Shown here in pieces: positions 25,571 to 34,353 of a stretch of 64,000 bases of DNA. The notes below the pieces were generated by a model. The model searched no databases and was not told the DNA's origin. It saw only the letters and a program-made list of their open reading frames with translations. Position 1 is the stretch's first letter. Each line of letters begins with the position of its first letter. The stretch is from a candidate division WOR-3 bacterium (lineage in GTDB: Bacteria; Hydrothermota; Tepidihabitantia; SM23-42; JAOAFX01), in NCBI GenBank assembly GCA_039802265.1, contig JBDRWI010000001.1, forward strand, positions 4,264 to 68,263, read 5' to 3'. The position numbers and the translations under genes were made by a program.

Positions 25571-26212
25571 TTATGGACTTATCATCGTCTCTACCACAAA
25601 TGCCCCACGATAACCCAGACTCAATGCCCGATTCTTCAAGGTTTCTGCCTCTTCTTTGGTTAAACAATCACCAACCCGAACTTTATAATATGGAGGAACA
25701 TACTCTATATATACCTTACCCCCAAAAGCGGAACGGGCATCATCGGCAACCCTGGAGGCATTCTTCTGGGTTGAAGATGCAAATATCTGAACCCGAAAAC
25801 CATAGATGTTACCCGGGGGAGCACTGGGAGCTACAGTTGGAGCTGGAGGTGGGGTCGGTGCTGACGGCACAGTTGGTGCTGGTGGAATTGGTGGTGGGGC
25901 AACAGAAACCTCTTCAATAGGTGGTAGCACCGGTGCCTCTTCAACAACCGGCGGCGGAGGAATCACCGGCGCCTCTTCGGTTACCGGCGGGAGCACTGGT
26001 ATCTCTTCCGCTGGTGGTGGGGTAGTGGGTGTTACCTCAGCAGGTGGTGTGGTCGGTGCTGGAAAGACCGGCTCTTCGGAAACATTCTTTTCTTCTTCGC
26101 CAAATACAATTACCTCTTCAAGCCCTTCAGTCTTTACCACGGTCTTCTTGGGTGCACAGAATAGAAAGAAAAGTATGCACCCCATTACTATTATCTTGCT
26201 GAAATTAGACAT
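25571..26212 (-). CDS. SPOR-domain (peptidoglycan-binding) protein with long Pro-rich linker
   Basis: Signal/TM segment, then a Pro/Ala/Val/Thr low-complexity linker, then the C-terminal SPOR fold pattern YGFRVQIFASS...YYKVRVGDCLTKEEAETLKNRALSLGYRGAFVV. AAAGGAGG upstream. Confidence 0.8.
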   Translation of the reverse strand: MSNFSKIIVMGCILFFLFCAPKKTVVKTEGLEEVIVFGEEEKNVSEEPVFPAPTTPPAEVTPTTPPPAEEIPVLPPVTEEAPVIPPPPVVEEAPVLPPIEEVSVAPPPIPPAPTVPSAPTPPPAPTVAPSAPPGNIYGFRVQIFASSTQKNASRVADDARSAFGGKVYIEYVPPYYKVRVGDCLTKEEAETLKNRALSLGYRGAFVVETMISP

Positions 26213-26293
26213 AAAACCTCCTTTCCCCTGTCTCTTCTAAAATTTCTTAGAAGAAACCTAAGGCTTTTGCATAATATGCCACAAATCTCCCCT

Positions 26294-27313
26294 TTAACCC
26301 TTTATTCTTAACAAATTCTTCAGGTCCGACGCCCGCTCCTTTTTACAGACCAGGACCCCTTTGGGGCAGGCAACAACCACCAGTTTTTTTATTCCATAAA
26401 CCTTCACCGGTATATTATAAGAATACACAATTGAATCCCTGCTGTCAAGACCCAATGCATCACCGATAAAGATATTTTTAAAACAGTCGCCCTTAAAATA
26501 TCGTTCCAGTGCCAACCAGGAACCCACATCATCCCAGCTAAAATCTGCCTTTATAACGCAGAATCTCGCTGCCTTCTCCATTACTCCGTAGTCAATGGAG
26601 ATCTCCCTGATTTCTTCAAAATGTCTTCTTTCGCCGGTTAGTAGATAGCTCTTTACCCTTTTAGAGACGTCAGGAATGTGATATTCCATCTCCCTGATTA
26701 TATCAGTTATCTTAAATGTAAATATCCCGCTATTCCAGAGAAAGGTCTTCTTTCTTAAATATACCTTTGCCCGACGCCGGTCAGGTTTTTCGGTAAACCC
26801 CTTCCCCTCACAGGCAACTATCCCGGATTTATGTTTCTTTAATACTTCACCAATTTTTATGTAACCATACCCGGTCTCTGGTCGGGTCGGATTTATCCCG
26901 TAGGTGACGAGATAACCATTCTGAGCAAGATACTCACCGAATTTTAGATGGGTAAGGAATCTTCTTTTATCCCGAATAAGATGGTCAGCAGGCATAATGT
27001 GCATAATTCCATCGCCATATTCTTCTTTCAACTTCATTGCCACCAGACAGATCGCCGGTGCCGTATTCCTGCGCACCGGTTCAATCACAATTTGCCCTTT
27101 TCTTACGAAATTTTTTGTTATACAGCTAAGTTCTTCAGGAATTATCAAGATTGTCTCTTCTTCTTTGAAAAAATCTGCAATACGGTCAATGGTTTGCACA
27201 ATCAATGGTTTTTTATTAAAGATAGAAAGAAACTGCTTGGGAAAATCGGGTTGACTCAGGGGCCAGAAGCGTTCGCCCTGACCCCCAGCGAGGATTACGG
27301 CAAAGTGTTTAAT
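26294..27313 (-). CDS. manC: mannose-1-phosphate guanylyltransferase (GDP-mannose pyrophosphorylase), probable AUU start
   Basis: The track ORF starts at TTG 27205. The same frame stays open to 27316 and encodes (I)KHFAVILAGGQGERFWPLSQPDFPKQFL, the conserved nucleotide-binding N-terminus. No ATG, GTG or TTG is available upstream, and ATT at 27313 overlaps the upstream TAA. Confidence 0.75.
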   Translation of the reverse strand: MKHFAVILAGGQGERFWPLSQPDFPKQFLSIFNKKPLIVQTIDRIADFFKEEETILIIPEELSCITKNFVRKGQIVIEPVRRNTAPAICLVAMKLKEEYGDGIMHIMPADHLIRDKRRFLTHLKFGEYLAQNGYLVTYGINPTRPETGYGYIKIGEVLKKHKSGIVACEGKGFTEKPDRRRAKVYLRKKTFLWNSGIFTFKITDIIREMEYHIPDVSKRVKSYLLTGERRHFEEIREISIDYGVMEKAARFCVIKADFSWDDVGSWLALERYFKGDCFKNIFIGDALGLDSRDSIVYSYNIPVKVYGIKKLVVVACPKGVLVCKKERASDLKNLLRIKG

Positions 27314-28013
27314 AACTTACCCCCACAATCTTAAAGATTACAGTCCCGAACTTAAGATGTGTCTTGATCTGAAGGGGCAGCCGGTTTGAATCGGTACTAT
27401 ACCAGATTTCCATTGAACCACTTGAACCCAAAACTCCTTTTGCCTTTGTCCTTAGTTTCAGCTTCGTTGCCAAAAAATTGCCCAACTTCGTCTTGAGGTT
27501 TATCTTTCTGTCAATTATGCATTGCACATCATTATTATCCTCCCCCTCGTAGATTATTACATTGGAAGTATCACCTTCAATTAAAGGAATTGTCCTTAAA
27601 TAATACCAGTAACTCAAAAGGTCCCTTGCCGGATAAAGCAGTGTGTCTTTTAATGAACCACCCTCATAGACCAATAGATTACGGTGGTCAAATTCAAGGC
27701 GGGTCAAGTTGGTGTATTTTCCCTCGTGGACACCCTTTTTATAGACGACCGGTAAAAAACTATCAATCGTTGTCCAGACCTCAATTGTATCATTGAGCGA
27801 AAATATAAATCCAAGTTCAGGATTGGAATTAAGGCGTGAAGAAAGCACATAGCATTTCTTACCAGCATAGTTTATTGTATCCAAAACCTCAAGTACCATA
27901 CTGCCCAGTTCTAAGAAGCCATACTGTGCCTTGTATTCAATGCGCTCCCCCACTCTCATACCAAAAACAATGGAAGTCAAAATGAAGACACCGCCAAGGA
28001 TTCTTCGGGACAT
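27309..28013 (-). CDS. DUF3108-like secreted/periplasmic protein
   Basis: Signal-like N-terminus, then a GERIEYKAQYGFLELGSMVLEV beta-rich pattern resembling DUF3108. Assigned by resemblance only. Confidence 0.4.
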   Translation of the reverse strand: MSRRILGGVFILTSIVFGMRVGERIEYKAQYGFLELGSMVLEVLDTINYAGKKCYVLSSRLNSNPELGFIFSLNDTIEVWTTIDSFLPVVYKKGVHEGKYTNLTRLEFDHRNLLVYEGGSLKDTLLYPARDLLSYWYYLRTIPLIEGDTSNVIIYEGEDNNDVQCIIDRKINLKTKLGNFLATKLKLRTKAKGVLGSSGSMEIWYSTDSNRLPLQIKTHLKFGTVIFKIVGVSY

Positions 28014-28018
28014 CGTAT

Positions 28019-28927
28019 TTATTGAACTACTAATTTATTGAGCCGCTCGATCCGTTTATCAAGAGGTGGATGGGTCGCAAAGAGACCGGAGATATTAAAC
28101 CGATCCTTGCCAAAAGGACTGGCAATGAAGAGATGGGCATTGGACTGAGATGCCCGCGCCATCGGTTGGTAGGCATCTTTAAGTTTTTTCAAAGCCTGCG
28201 CCAGGCCTTGAGGATACCGCGTAATAAAGGCACCTGAGGCATCGGCAAGATATTCGCGCTGACGGGATATTGCTGCCCTGATTAAGGCAACAAATAAAGG
28301 TGCGATAATGGCAAGGACGAGACCAACAAGCAGAAGGATCAGACCGGCTCGACCACCGCGGCGGCCGTCTCTCCTCCCCCGTCCCCAGAACATACCCCTT
28401 AAAAAGAAATCCCTCAGGAGAATAATCAGACCACCAATTGCCGCCACCACCGTCATTAAGAGGATATCATAATTTCTGATGTGCGCCATTTCATGGGCTA
28501 TCACACCCTGTAGTTCTTCGCGGTTCATAATTTCAAGCAATCCGGTCGTCACCGCAATTGATGCATTCTGCGGATTTCTTCCAGTAGCAAAGGCATTGGG
28601 TGCCGGGGTGGGGGTGATATAAACTTTGGGTTTTGGCACACCCGCCGCAATCGCTACTTCCTCAACCACATTGTGGAGTTGTTTGAACTCTTCCGGGTCT
28701 GCCGGAACCGAGCCGGTGGCTGCAATAGCAATCTTGTCCGAATTGTAGTAGAGAACAAAATTGTATATAATGATAAAAAGTGCAAAGAAGACATAACCGG
28801 CTGTCCCCCAGTCCAATAACTCCACAACGATATATCCCAGAATCCCTAAGAATATACTGGTGATCAGAATAAACAAAAAGGTCTTCCGCTTATTTGCCGC
28901 AATCAGGTCGTAGAGTGTCTCTTTCAT
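28019..28927 (-). CDS. htpX: M48-family zinc metalloprotease HtpX
   Basis: HEMAHIRNYD (HExxH), TM segments on both sides, and THPPLDKRIERL at the C-terminus. Confidence 0.9.
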   Translation of the reverse strand: MKETLYDLIAANKRKTFLFILITSIFLGILGYIVVELLDWGTAGYVFFALFIIIYNFVLYYNSDKIAIAATGSVPADPEEFKQLHNVVEEVAIAAGVPKPKVYITPTPAPNAFATGRNPQNASIAVTTGLLEIMNREELQGVIAHEMAHIRNYDILLMTVVAAIGGLIILLRDFFLRGMFWGRGRRDGRRGGRAGLILLLVGLVLAIIAPLFVALIRAAISRQREYLADASGAFITRYPQGLAQALKKLKDAYQPMARASQSNAHLFIASPFGKDRFNISGLFATHPPLDKRIERLNKLVVQ

Positions 28928-28939
28928 TTTGTGAAGATA

Positions 28940-29488
28940 TTAGAACTTTACCCGAACCGCCTCTCGCTCTTCAGCGGGTGCCTCAAAGAATTCCCTTGGT
29001 TTAAAATTGAACATTGAGGCAATTATCGTCTGCGGGAATTTCTGAATTGTTGCATTATAGTCCATAACTACATCGTTATAGAACTGACGGGCAAATGCAA
29101 TCTTATTCTCGGTTGCCGAAAGTTCCTCCTGTAATCGCATAAAGTTTTCATTCGCCTTTAACTGCGGATAGTTTTCTGCCACGGCAAATAGTGTCTTTAG
29201 TGTGGCAGTCAACATATTATTTGCCTCGGCTGCCTCTTTGGGGCTGGCCGCTCCCATTGCCCGGGAACGTAGTTCAGCCACCTTCTCTAAAACTTCTCTT
29301 TCGTGTGCTGCATAACCCTTTACCGTTTCAACCAGATTAGGAATCAGGTCATAACGGCGTTTCAACTGAACATCAATCTGTGCCCAGCCATTATCTACTC
29401 TGGTTCTCTTCACAACCAAACCATTGTAGATTGCAATAATCCAGAAAACCAAGAGAATAATTATTATAAGTAAAATAATGCCGCCCAT
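28940..29488 (-). CDS. lemA: LemA-family protein
   Basis: N-terminal TM helix, then YNGLV...[34 protein letters not shown]...FYNDVV, typical of LemA. The LemA-HtpX pairing is common. GGAGG upstream. Confidence 0.85.
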   Translation of the reverse strand: MGGIILLIIIILLVFWIIAIYNGLVVKRTRVDNGWAQIDVQLKRRYDLIPNLVETVKGYAAHEREVLEKVAELRSRAMGAASPKEAAEANNMLTATLKTLFAVAENYPQLKANENFMRLQEELSATENKIAFARQFYNDVVMDYNATIQKFPQTIIASMFNFKPREFFEAPAEEREAVRVKF

Positions 29489-29507
29489 TTGTCCTCCAAT
29501 TTTTCCT

Positions 29508-29535
29508 ATTTTATACGAAAAAGAGAGAATGTCAA
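29508..29535 (-). promoter_or_regulatory. sigma70-type promoter of the lemA-htpX-DUF3108-manC operon
   Basis: Minus strand: TTGACA (29535-29530), 16-nt spacer, TAAAAT (29513-29508). Confidence 0.6.
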
Positions 29536-29546
29536 TATCAATTACT

Positions 29547-30911
29547 CTATCTTATCGGCAGAAGTTTACCGGTCCTTCTTCCTGCCCAGGCACCCGCATA
29601 ATTCAGATTTGAATAAAAGGCTATGGAACTCGCTATCGGATCCCGTGTGCGTAGATAAGTTACTATTGCCTTATGTAATATCTCATCCCAGGAGTAAACC
29701 TGACGATGGATATCTTGCATAATAGAAGTCAAATCCTTACTACTTATCTTCCTTGGTTTATAGGTCAGCTCTGCCACATCAAAATGGTCCCAGTCTCTGG
29801 GGTAATCAGTGTAAAGTAAACGGCCTTCTTTATAAAGACGTTCAAACAGACGCGTTCCGGGCAGAGGTGTAAGATAGGTTATCTGCATTACATCTATATC
29901 ACTTTCAAGCAGATAACGGGCACGCCGGTAAATTATATCCTCTGTATCGCTATCAAAACCAAATATGAAACTACCGACAATGGCAATCCCTGCACGGTGA
30001 ATACGGTCAAATGCCTTTTTATAAAAATCTATCCCCCTTTTTAGATTCAATCTCTTATTTGCCTCAATGAGTGCCTCTGTTTCCCTGGCTTCCAAACCCA
30101 TAATCACCATCTTACACCCGGATCTTGAAGCCCAATAAAGAACCTCTTCATCATCGGCAAAATTCAAAGATGCCTGACAGATCCACCACTTATTCAATTT
30201 ACGATTTACCATTTCTTTAAAGATTGCGATTGCCTCATCTCGGGAATCCGAACCGTATCCAATGATATTGTCATCAATAAAAAAAATAAATCTCTTTTTT
30301 ATGTTTATAAGCTCGTCGATAACTTTATCCAAGGGACGACGGCGATATTTTTTACCATAGTAAGCAGGAACGGAACAGAAGTCACAATCCATCGGACATC
30401 CCCTTGAAGTCTGTACTGAACCGAAGAGATAATCTTTATGAAAGAGGTCATGTCGGGGATGAGGAATATCCCTTCCATCAATCAACTCACCATGATAAAT
30501 CCCTTTAACCCCACCGCCTTTAAAATCGTAAATGATTTTATTCCAAATTGATTCAACCTCGCCTATTACCACTGCATCAACATATCTCAATGCCTCTTCA
30601 GGACAGATTGTAGCATGCATACCACCCATCACTACCGGCACGCTCCGTTGCCGATAGATTGCGGAAATTTCATAGGCGCGATTGGCTGAGGCGGTATAGG
30701 CAGTAATTCCAACCAAATCTGCATCTTCAAAGAAAAAAGGATTGAAATTTTCATCAATCAATTTTATCTCCCAATCGTCAGGAGTTAATGCCGCAATTAT
30801 ACCCAGTGCCAGCGGCGGAAATCGTGAGGTAAGATTGGCAGTAAAACCACGCCGCTTAGGATTTACCGGATTAATCAAAACCAATCTGTGTCTTTTGGGG
30901 AGCATCTTCAA
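29547..30911 (-). CDS. B12-binding-domain radical SAM protein
   Basis: Cobalamin-binding-like N-domain, then the CxxxCxxC motif [15 protein letters not shown]. The start is either TTG 30911 or ATG 30905. Confidence 0.8.
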   Translation of the reverse strand: MKMLPKRHRLVLINPVNPKRRGFTANLTSRFPPLALGIIAALTPDDWEIKLIDENFNPFFFEDADLVGITAYTASANRAYEISAIYRQRSVPVVMGGMHATICPEEALRYVDAVVIGEVESIWNKIIYDFKGGGVKGIYHGELIDGRDIPHPRHDLFHKDYLFGSVQTSRGCPMDCDFCSVPAYYGKKYRRRPLDKVIDELINIKKRFIFFIDDNIIGYGSDSRDEAIAIFKEMVNRKLNKWWICQASLNFADDEEVLYWASRSGCKMVIMGLEARETEALIEANKRLNLKRGIDFYKKAFDRIHRAGIAIVGSFIFGFDSDTEDIIYRRARYLLESDIDVMQITYLTPLPGTRLFERLYKEGRLLYTDYPRDWDHFDVAELTYKPRKISSKDLTSIMQDIHRQVYSWDEILHKAIVTYLRTRDPIASSIAFYSNLNYAGAWAGRRTGKLLPIR

Positions 30912-30920
30912 AACCCGTCA

Positions 30921-30948
30921 ATTATAATATTAATCTTATTAATGTCAA
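30921..30948 (-). promoter_or_regulatory. consensus promoter of the radical SAM gene
   Basis: Minus strand: TTGACA (30948-30943), 16-nt spacer, TATAAT (30926-30921). 9 nt to TTG 30911 and 15 nt to ATG 30905, with no SD. Confidence 0.6.
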
Positions 30949-30954
30949 TAAGCC

Positions 30955-30982
30955 TTGATTCCTTTTAAAAATAGAGTATAAT
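30955..30982 (+). promoter_or_regulatory. promoter of the CDF transporter gene (leaderless geometry)
   Basis: TTGATT (30955-30960), 16-nt spacer, TATAAT (30977-30982). 7 nt separate the -10 box from ATG 30990, with no SD. Confidence 0.6.
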
Positions 30983-30989
30983 CTACCGA

Positions 30990-31907
30990 ATGAAAGAAAA
31001 GAACCAAAATGCATACCAAAAAATCAGCTCCCGCCGGATTATGTTCGTAATTATCTTAAACTTTCTCATTACGGCAACTGAGATTGCAGGTGGTTTAATT
31101 GCCCACAGTTTATCTTTACTATCGGATGCCCTCCATAACCTCACTGATGGATTTGCAATTTTAACGAGTTTTTTTGCCCTGCGTCTTGGTCAGCGTAGAA
31201 GTACAACCCAAATGACCTTCGGTTTTAAACGGGCAGAAATCCTTGCTGCCCTGTTCAATTCTTCAATTTTGATTATCATAATCTTCTTTCTTTTGAAAGA
31301 AGCAGCATCACGCCTATTTTCACCCCATATTATCAATAGCAATCTGATGCTTACTGTCGCAATAGTTGGTCTGCTCGCCAATCTGGTGGGAGTCACCCTG
31401 TTAAAGAAGGACGCCGACCATAACCTGAATATCAAATCTGCCTATCTCCACCTTTTTGCTGATTCATTATCTTCCATCGGGATTGTTATTGGAGGCCTTC
31501 TCATTAAATTCTTTAATATCTATATCATTGACCCGATTTTGACAGTGGTTATAAGTATTTATATACTCCGCGAGAGTTATTTTATTTTCCGTAATACTAT
31601 AAATATCCTTATGCAATCAACACCTGATGGAATTGATATAAGAGAAATAAAGAGCGCGATTGAAAGTATTCCTGAGGTTCACAATCTCCACCATGTCCAT
31701 GTCTGGCAGATGACGGATAGAGATATACACTTTGAGGGTCATATTGATATCTGCAATGATCTACGTACCAGCGAAGTCGCCGATATTATAAAAAAAATTG
31801 AAGAAATCCTTCTCAGTAAGTTTAATATCACCCATACAACAATCCAGGTAGAATTCGGTACCTGTTCTGATAAAGAGGTCATAAGGAAATGTGATTTAAA
31901 AGTATAA
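30990..31907 (+). CDS. cation diffusion facilitator (CzcD/ZitB-type) divalent metal efflux transporter
   Basis: TM2 motif HSLSLLSDALHNLTDG, TM5 motif HLFADSLSS, and a C-terminal cytoplasmic domain with HHVHVW. Confidence 0.85.
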   Translation: MKEKNQNAYQKISSRRIMFVIILNFLITATEIAGGLIAHSLSLLSDALHNLTDGFAILTSFFALRLGQRRSTTQMTFGFKRAEILAALFNSSILIIIIFFLLKEAASRLFSPHIINSNLMLTVAIVGLLANLVGVTLLKKDADHNLNIKSAYLHLFADSLSSIGIVIGGLLIKFFNIYIIDPILTVVISIYILRESYFIFRNTINILMQSTPDGIDIREIKSAIESIPEVHNLHHVHVWQMTDRDIHFEGHIDICNDLRTSEVADIIKKIEEILLSKFNITHTTIQVEFGTCSDKEVIRKCDLKV

Positions 31908-31917
31908 GAATCCATCC

Positions 31918-31945
31918 TTGACTTTAGCAAATTTTGGAGTATAGT
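31918..31945 (+). promoter_or_regulatory. sigma70-type promoter of the crotonase/HBD/thiolase cluster
   Basis: TTGACT (31918-31923), 16-nt spacer, TATAGT (31940-31945). A ~118-nt leader ends in GGAGG. Confidence 0.55.
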
Positions 31946-32069
31946 TAAAGGTGATGGGTTTTGAAAAACACATTAGGATTCTTCACCCTGAGATCGATAA
32001 CAAACATTAATATTGGGGTGAGGAAATTTGGTCTTGGGAATATTTCCTGAGGAATCCTTTGGAGGTAAT

Positions 32070-32924
32070 ATGAATTATAAAAATATCAACATAGAAATTG
32101 ATGGTAAGATTGCGGTCTTGAAGGTTGTTAGACCCGCAGTCTTGAATGCCGTGGATATAGAAACAATACTGGAGATTGAAACGGCAATGCAGGAAATGAA
32201 CAGGAATAGAGACATTCGGGTAATCATCATAACCGGTGAGGGAAAATCGTTTGTCTCGGGCTCGGATATTTCACGCCTGGCACAGATGGATTCACTGATG
32301 GCAAGGGAATACAGTCAAATCGGACAGCGGGTTTTGAATTTTATTGAAAACATGGAAAAACCGGTAATTGCGGCAATAAATGGATTTGCCCTCGGTTCAG
32401 GTTGTGAAATTGCAATGGCTTGTGATATTAGAATTGCCTCGGAAAGAGCAAAATTGGGTCAACCCGAGGTAAAATTGGGGCTTATCCCCGGACATGCCGG
32501 AACCCAGCGACTGGCAAGGCTTGTAGGAATTGGTAGGGCAAAAGAATTAATCTTTACCGGCGAGATGATCGATGCCCAGGAGGCTTACCGAATTGGGTTG
32601 GTAAATAAAGTCGTTCCTGCGGTATCATATGAGGAATTTGTTAAAGATGGTATTGATGAGAAAGAGGCCAAAAAAAGGGCTGATGCTGAATCAAACGCCC
32701 GACTTTTGGCTGAAGCAAAAAACCTGGCAAGAAAGATTATTGAAAATGCTGGCCTAAATGCAGTAAAGATTGCAAAAACCGTAATCAATCGTGGAATTGA
32801 TGCCAATCTCCAGACCGCAAACTCCTATGAAACAGAGGCATTCAGCATTCTCTTTTCCACTGAAGAGGCAAAGGAAGGTATGCGGGCATTTTTGGAAAAG
32901 AGAAAACCCAGATGGGAAGAATGA
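32070..32924 (+). CDS. enoyl-CoA hydratase (crotonase family)
   Basis: Oxyanion-hole and catalytic motifs ITGEGKSFVSGSDI and GFALGSGCEIAMACDIRIAS...GLIPGHAGTQRL. ATG 32070 has GGAGG upstream, so it is trimmed from the track start at 32028. Confidence 0.85.
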   Translation: MNYKNINIEIDGKIAVLKVVRPAVLNAVDIETILEIETAMQEMNRNRDIRVIIITGEGKSFVSGSDISRLAQMDSLMAREYSQIGQRVLNFIENMEKPVIAAINGFALGSGCEIAMACDIRIASERAKLGQPEVKLGLIPGHAGTQRLARLVGIGRAKELIFTGEMIDAQEAYRIGLVNKVVPAVSYEEFVKDGIDEKEAKKRADAESNARLLAEAKNLARKIIENAGLNAVKIAKTVINRGIDANLQTANSYETEAFSILFSTEEAKEGMRAFLEKRKPRWEE

Positions 32925-32937
32925 TTAGGAGGTTTTA

Positions 32938-34272
32938 ATGAATCTGGATGAACGACTTCGGAATGTATCGGTAATCGGTGCTGCAGGAAAGATGGGAAGT
33001 GGAATTGCAGCATTGATTGCCCAGGAAATGTTGAGATTGAAATTTGAAAATCCCGATAAGATATACCGGTTAAATCTAATTGATGTAAGTGAAAAAGGTC
33101 TTGATGGGCTGCGCGATTATTTAAAATCACAATTCATAAGAACTGCAGAAAAGACGATTGTCTCGCTCCGTGATAAATATAAAAACCGACCGGACCTTGT
33201 GGAGAATGCAGAAATTGTTGATGCCTATGTGAACGATGGGATGAAACTTTTGAACTTCGGCACCGAACTAACGCTGGCAAAAAATAGTCATTTAATATTT
33301 GAAGCAATAATTGAGGACGAAAAAATCAAGATAAAAACTTATAAATCATTAAAGAAATTGGTTTCAAAGGATACCTTATTTTTGACCAATACTTCAAGCA
33401 TACCGATAGGTTATCTTGATGAAAAATCAGGTCTTGATGGAAGATTGATCGGTTATCATTTTTATAATCCGCCGGTCGTCCAGAAACTCGTGGAAGTGAT
33501 ATCATCAAAATACACAAAAAATGAATTAAAAGACATTGCCAGTGAACTTGGTAAGCGTCTTCGTAAAACACTCGTTCCGGCAAATGATATTTCTGGTTTT
33601 ATCGGCAATGGACATTTTATGCGTGATGGTCTATTTGCCCTTGATGAAGTCTTAAGATTGAAAGGGAAATATAAGTTAACTGGTGCAATTTATATAATGA
33701 ATCGGGTGAGTCAGGATTTCCTTTTGAGACCTATGGGCATATTCCAATTGATAGACTATGTGGGGATTGATGTATTCCAGTGTATTCTTAAAGTTATGCG
33801 CACCCATCTCGGTGCTGATGAATTGAAACACAAGTTGATCGATAAGATGATGAAGAAGGGCATAAAGGGTGGGCAGTATCCTGATGGTTCGCAGAAAGAT
33901 GGATTTTTAAAATACGACAAAAATCGTCCGGTGGGCATTTATGATTTGAAAAAGGGTGAGTATTTTGTTATCACCGATGACTGGAAAAAGAAGGTTGATA
34001 AGCAACTGGGACCTTTGCCCGAAGGTTTTGCTCCCTGGAAGGCATTGCTCGGAGATAAAAATAAAGAAGAAAAATTAAAGGCTCATTTTTCTGCACTGAA
34101 AACTATGAATACACTTGGTGCCGAACTTGCCTTAAGTTACCTAAAGAGAACAAAGGAGATTGCCGAGAATCTTGTAAAACAGGGTGTTGCAAATTCAGCT
34201 GATGATGTCAATGCAGTTTTAACCAATGGATTTTACTGGTTATACGGACCGATAAATGAATATGCTAAATAA
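32938..34272 (+). CDS. 3-hydroxyacyl-CoA dehydrogenase family protein (long form)
   Basis: Rossmann motif VSVIGAAGKMGSGIA, central EAIIEDEKIK, NTSSIPI and GYHFYNPP motifs, plus an extended C-terminal domain. Confidence 0.75.
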   Translation: MNLDERLRNVSVIGAAGKMGSGIAALIAQEMLRLKFENPDKIYRLNLIDVSEKGLDGLRDYLKSQFIRTAEKTIVSLRDKYKNRPDLVENAEIVDAYVNDGMKLLNFGTELTLAKNSHLIFEAIIEDEKIKIKTYKSLKKLVSKDTLFLTNTSSIPIGYLDEKSGLDGRLIGYHFYNPPVVQKLVEVISSKYTKNELKDIASELGKRLRKTLVPANDISGFIGNGHFMRDGLFALDEVLRLKGKYKLTGAIYIMNRVSQDFLLRPMGIFQLIDYVGIDVFQCILKVMRTHLGADELKHKLIDKMMKKGIKGGQYPDGSQKDGFLKYDKNRPVGIYDLKKGEYFVITDDWKKKVDKQLGPLPEGFAPWKALLGDKNKEEKLKAHFSALKTMNTLGAELALSYLKRTKEIAENLVKQGVANSADDVNAVLTNGFYWLYGPINEYAK

Positions 34273-34353
34273 AACACCTAAAAGTCAAAAATGCCTAAAT
34301 ACCTAAATTTTAATTATTTAAGTACTTAGTTTGCTATCTATACGGGAGGTTTT

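Noticed and set aside
25760-26060. Repetitive-looking stretch (ggtgg/ggcgg periodicity) that could be mistaken for a tandem repeat or CRISPR-like array
   Set aside because: It is the coding sequence of the Pro/Ala/Thr/Val low-complexity linker of the SPOR protein. There are no regular repeat-spacer units.
25806-26240. 144-aa Gly-rich ORF antisense to the SPOR-domain gene
   Set aside because: It is the reverse complement of the Pro-rich (CCN) linker, which automatically gives GGN/Gly codons. The sense strand has a signal peptide, an SD and a SPOR domain.
32617-32700. ~25-aa charged insertion (AVSYEEFVKDGIDEKEAKKRADAESNARLLA) in the crotonase between the VNKVVP strand and the C-terminal helix
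   Set aside because: It is probably a lineage-specific surface loop or helix. The catalytic motifs are intact, and nothing at the DNA level (repeats, frame change) suggests an insertion element.
34297-34308. 12-nt match ATTTAGGTATTT shared (inverted) between the HBD-thiolase spacer and the rpoZ leader (37576-37587)
   Set aside because: A single AT-rich 12-mer match is expected many times by chance in 64 kb of AT-rich sequence read on both strands, and the flanks do not extend the match.
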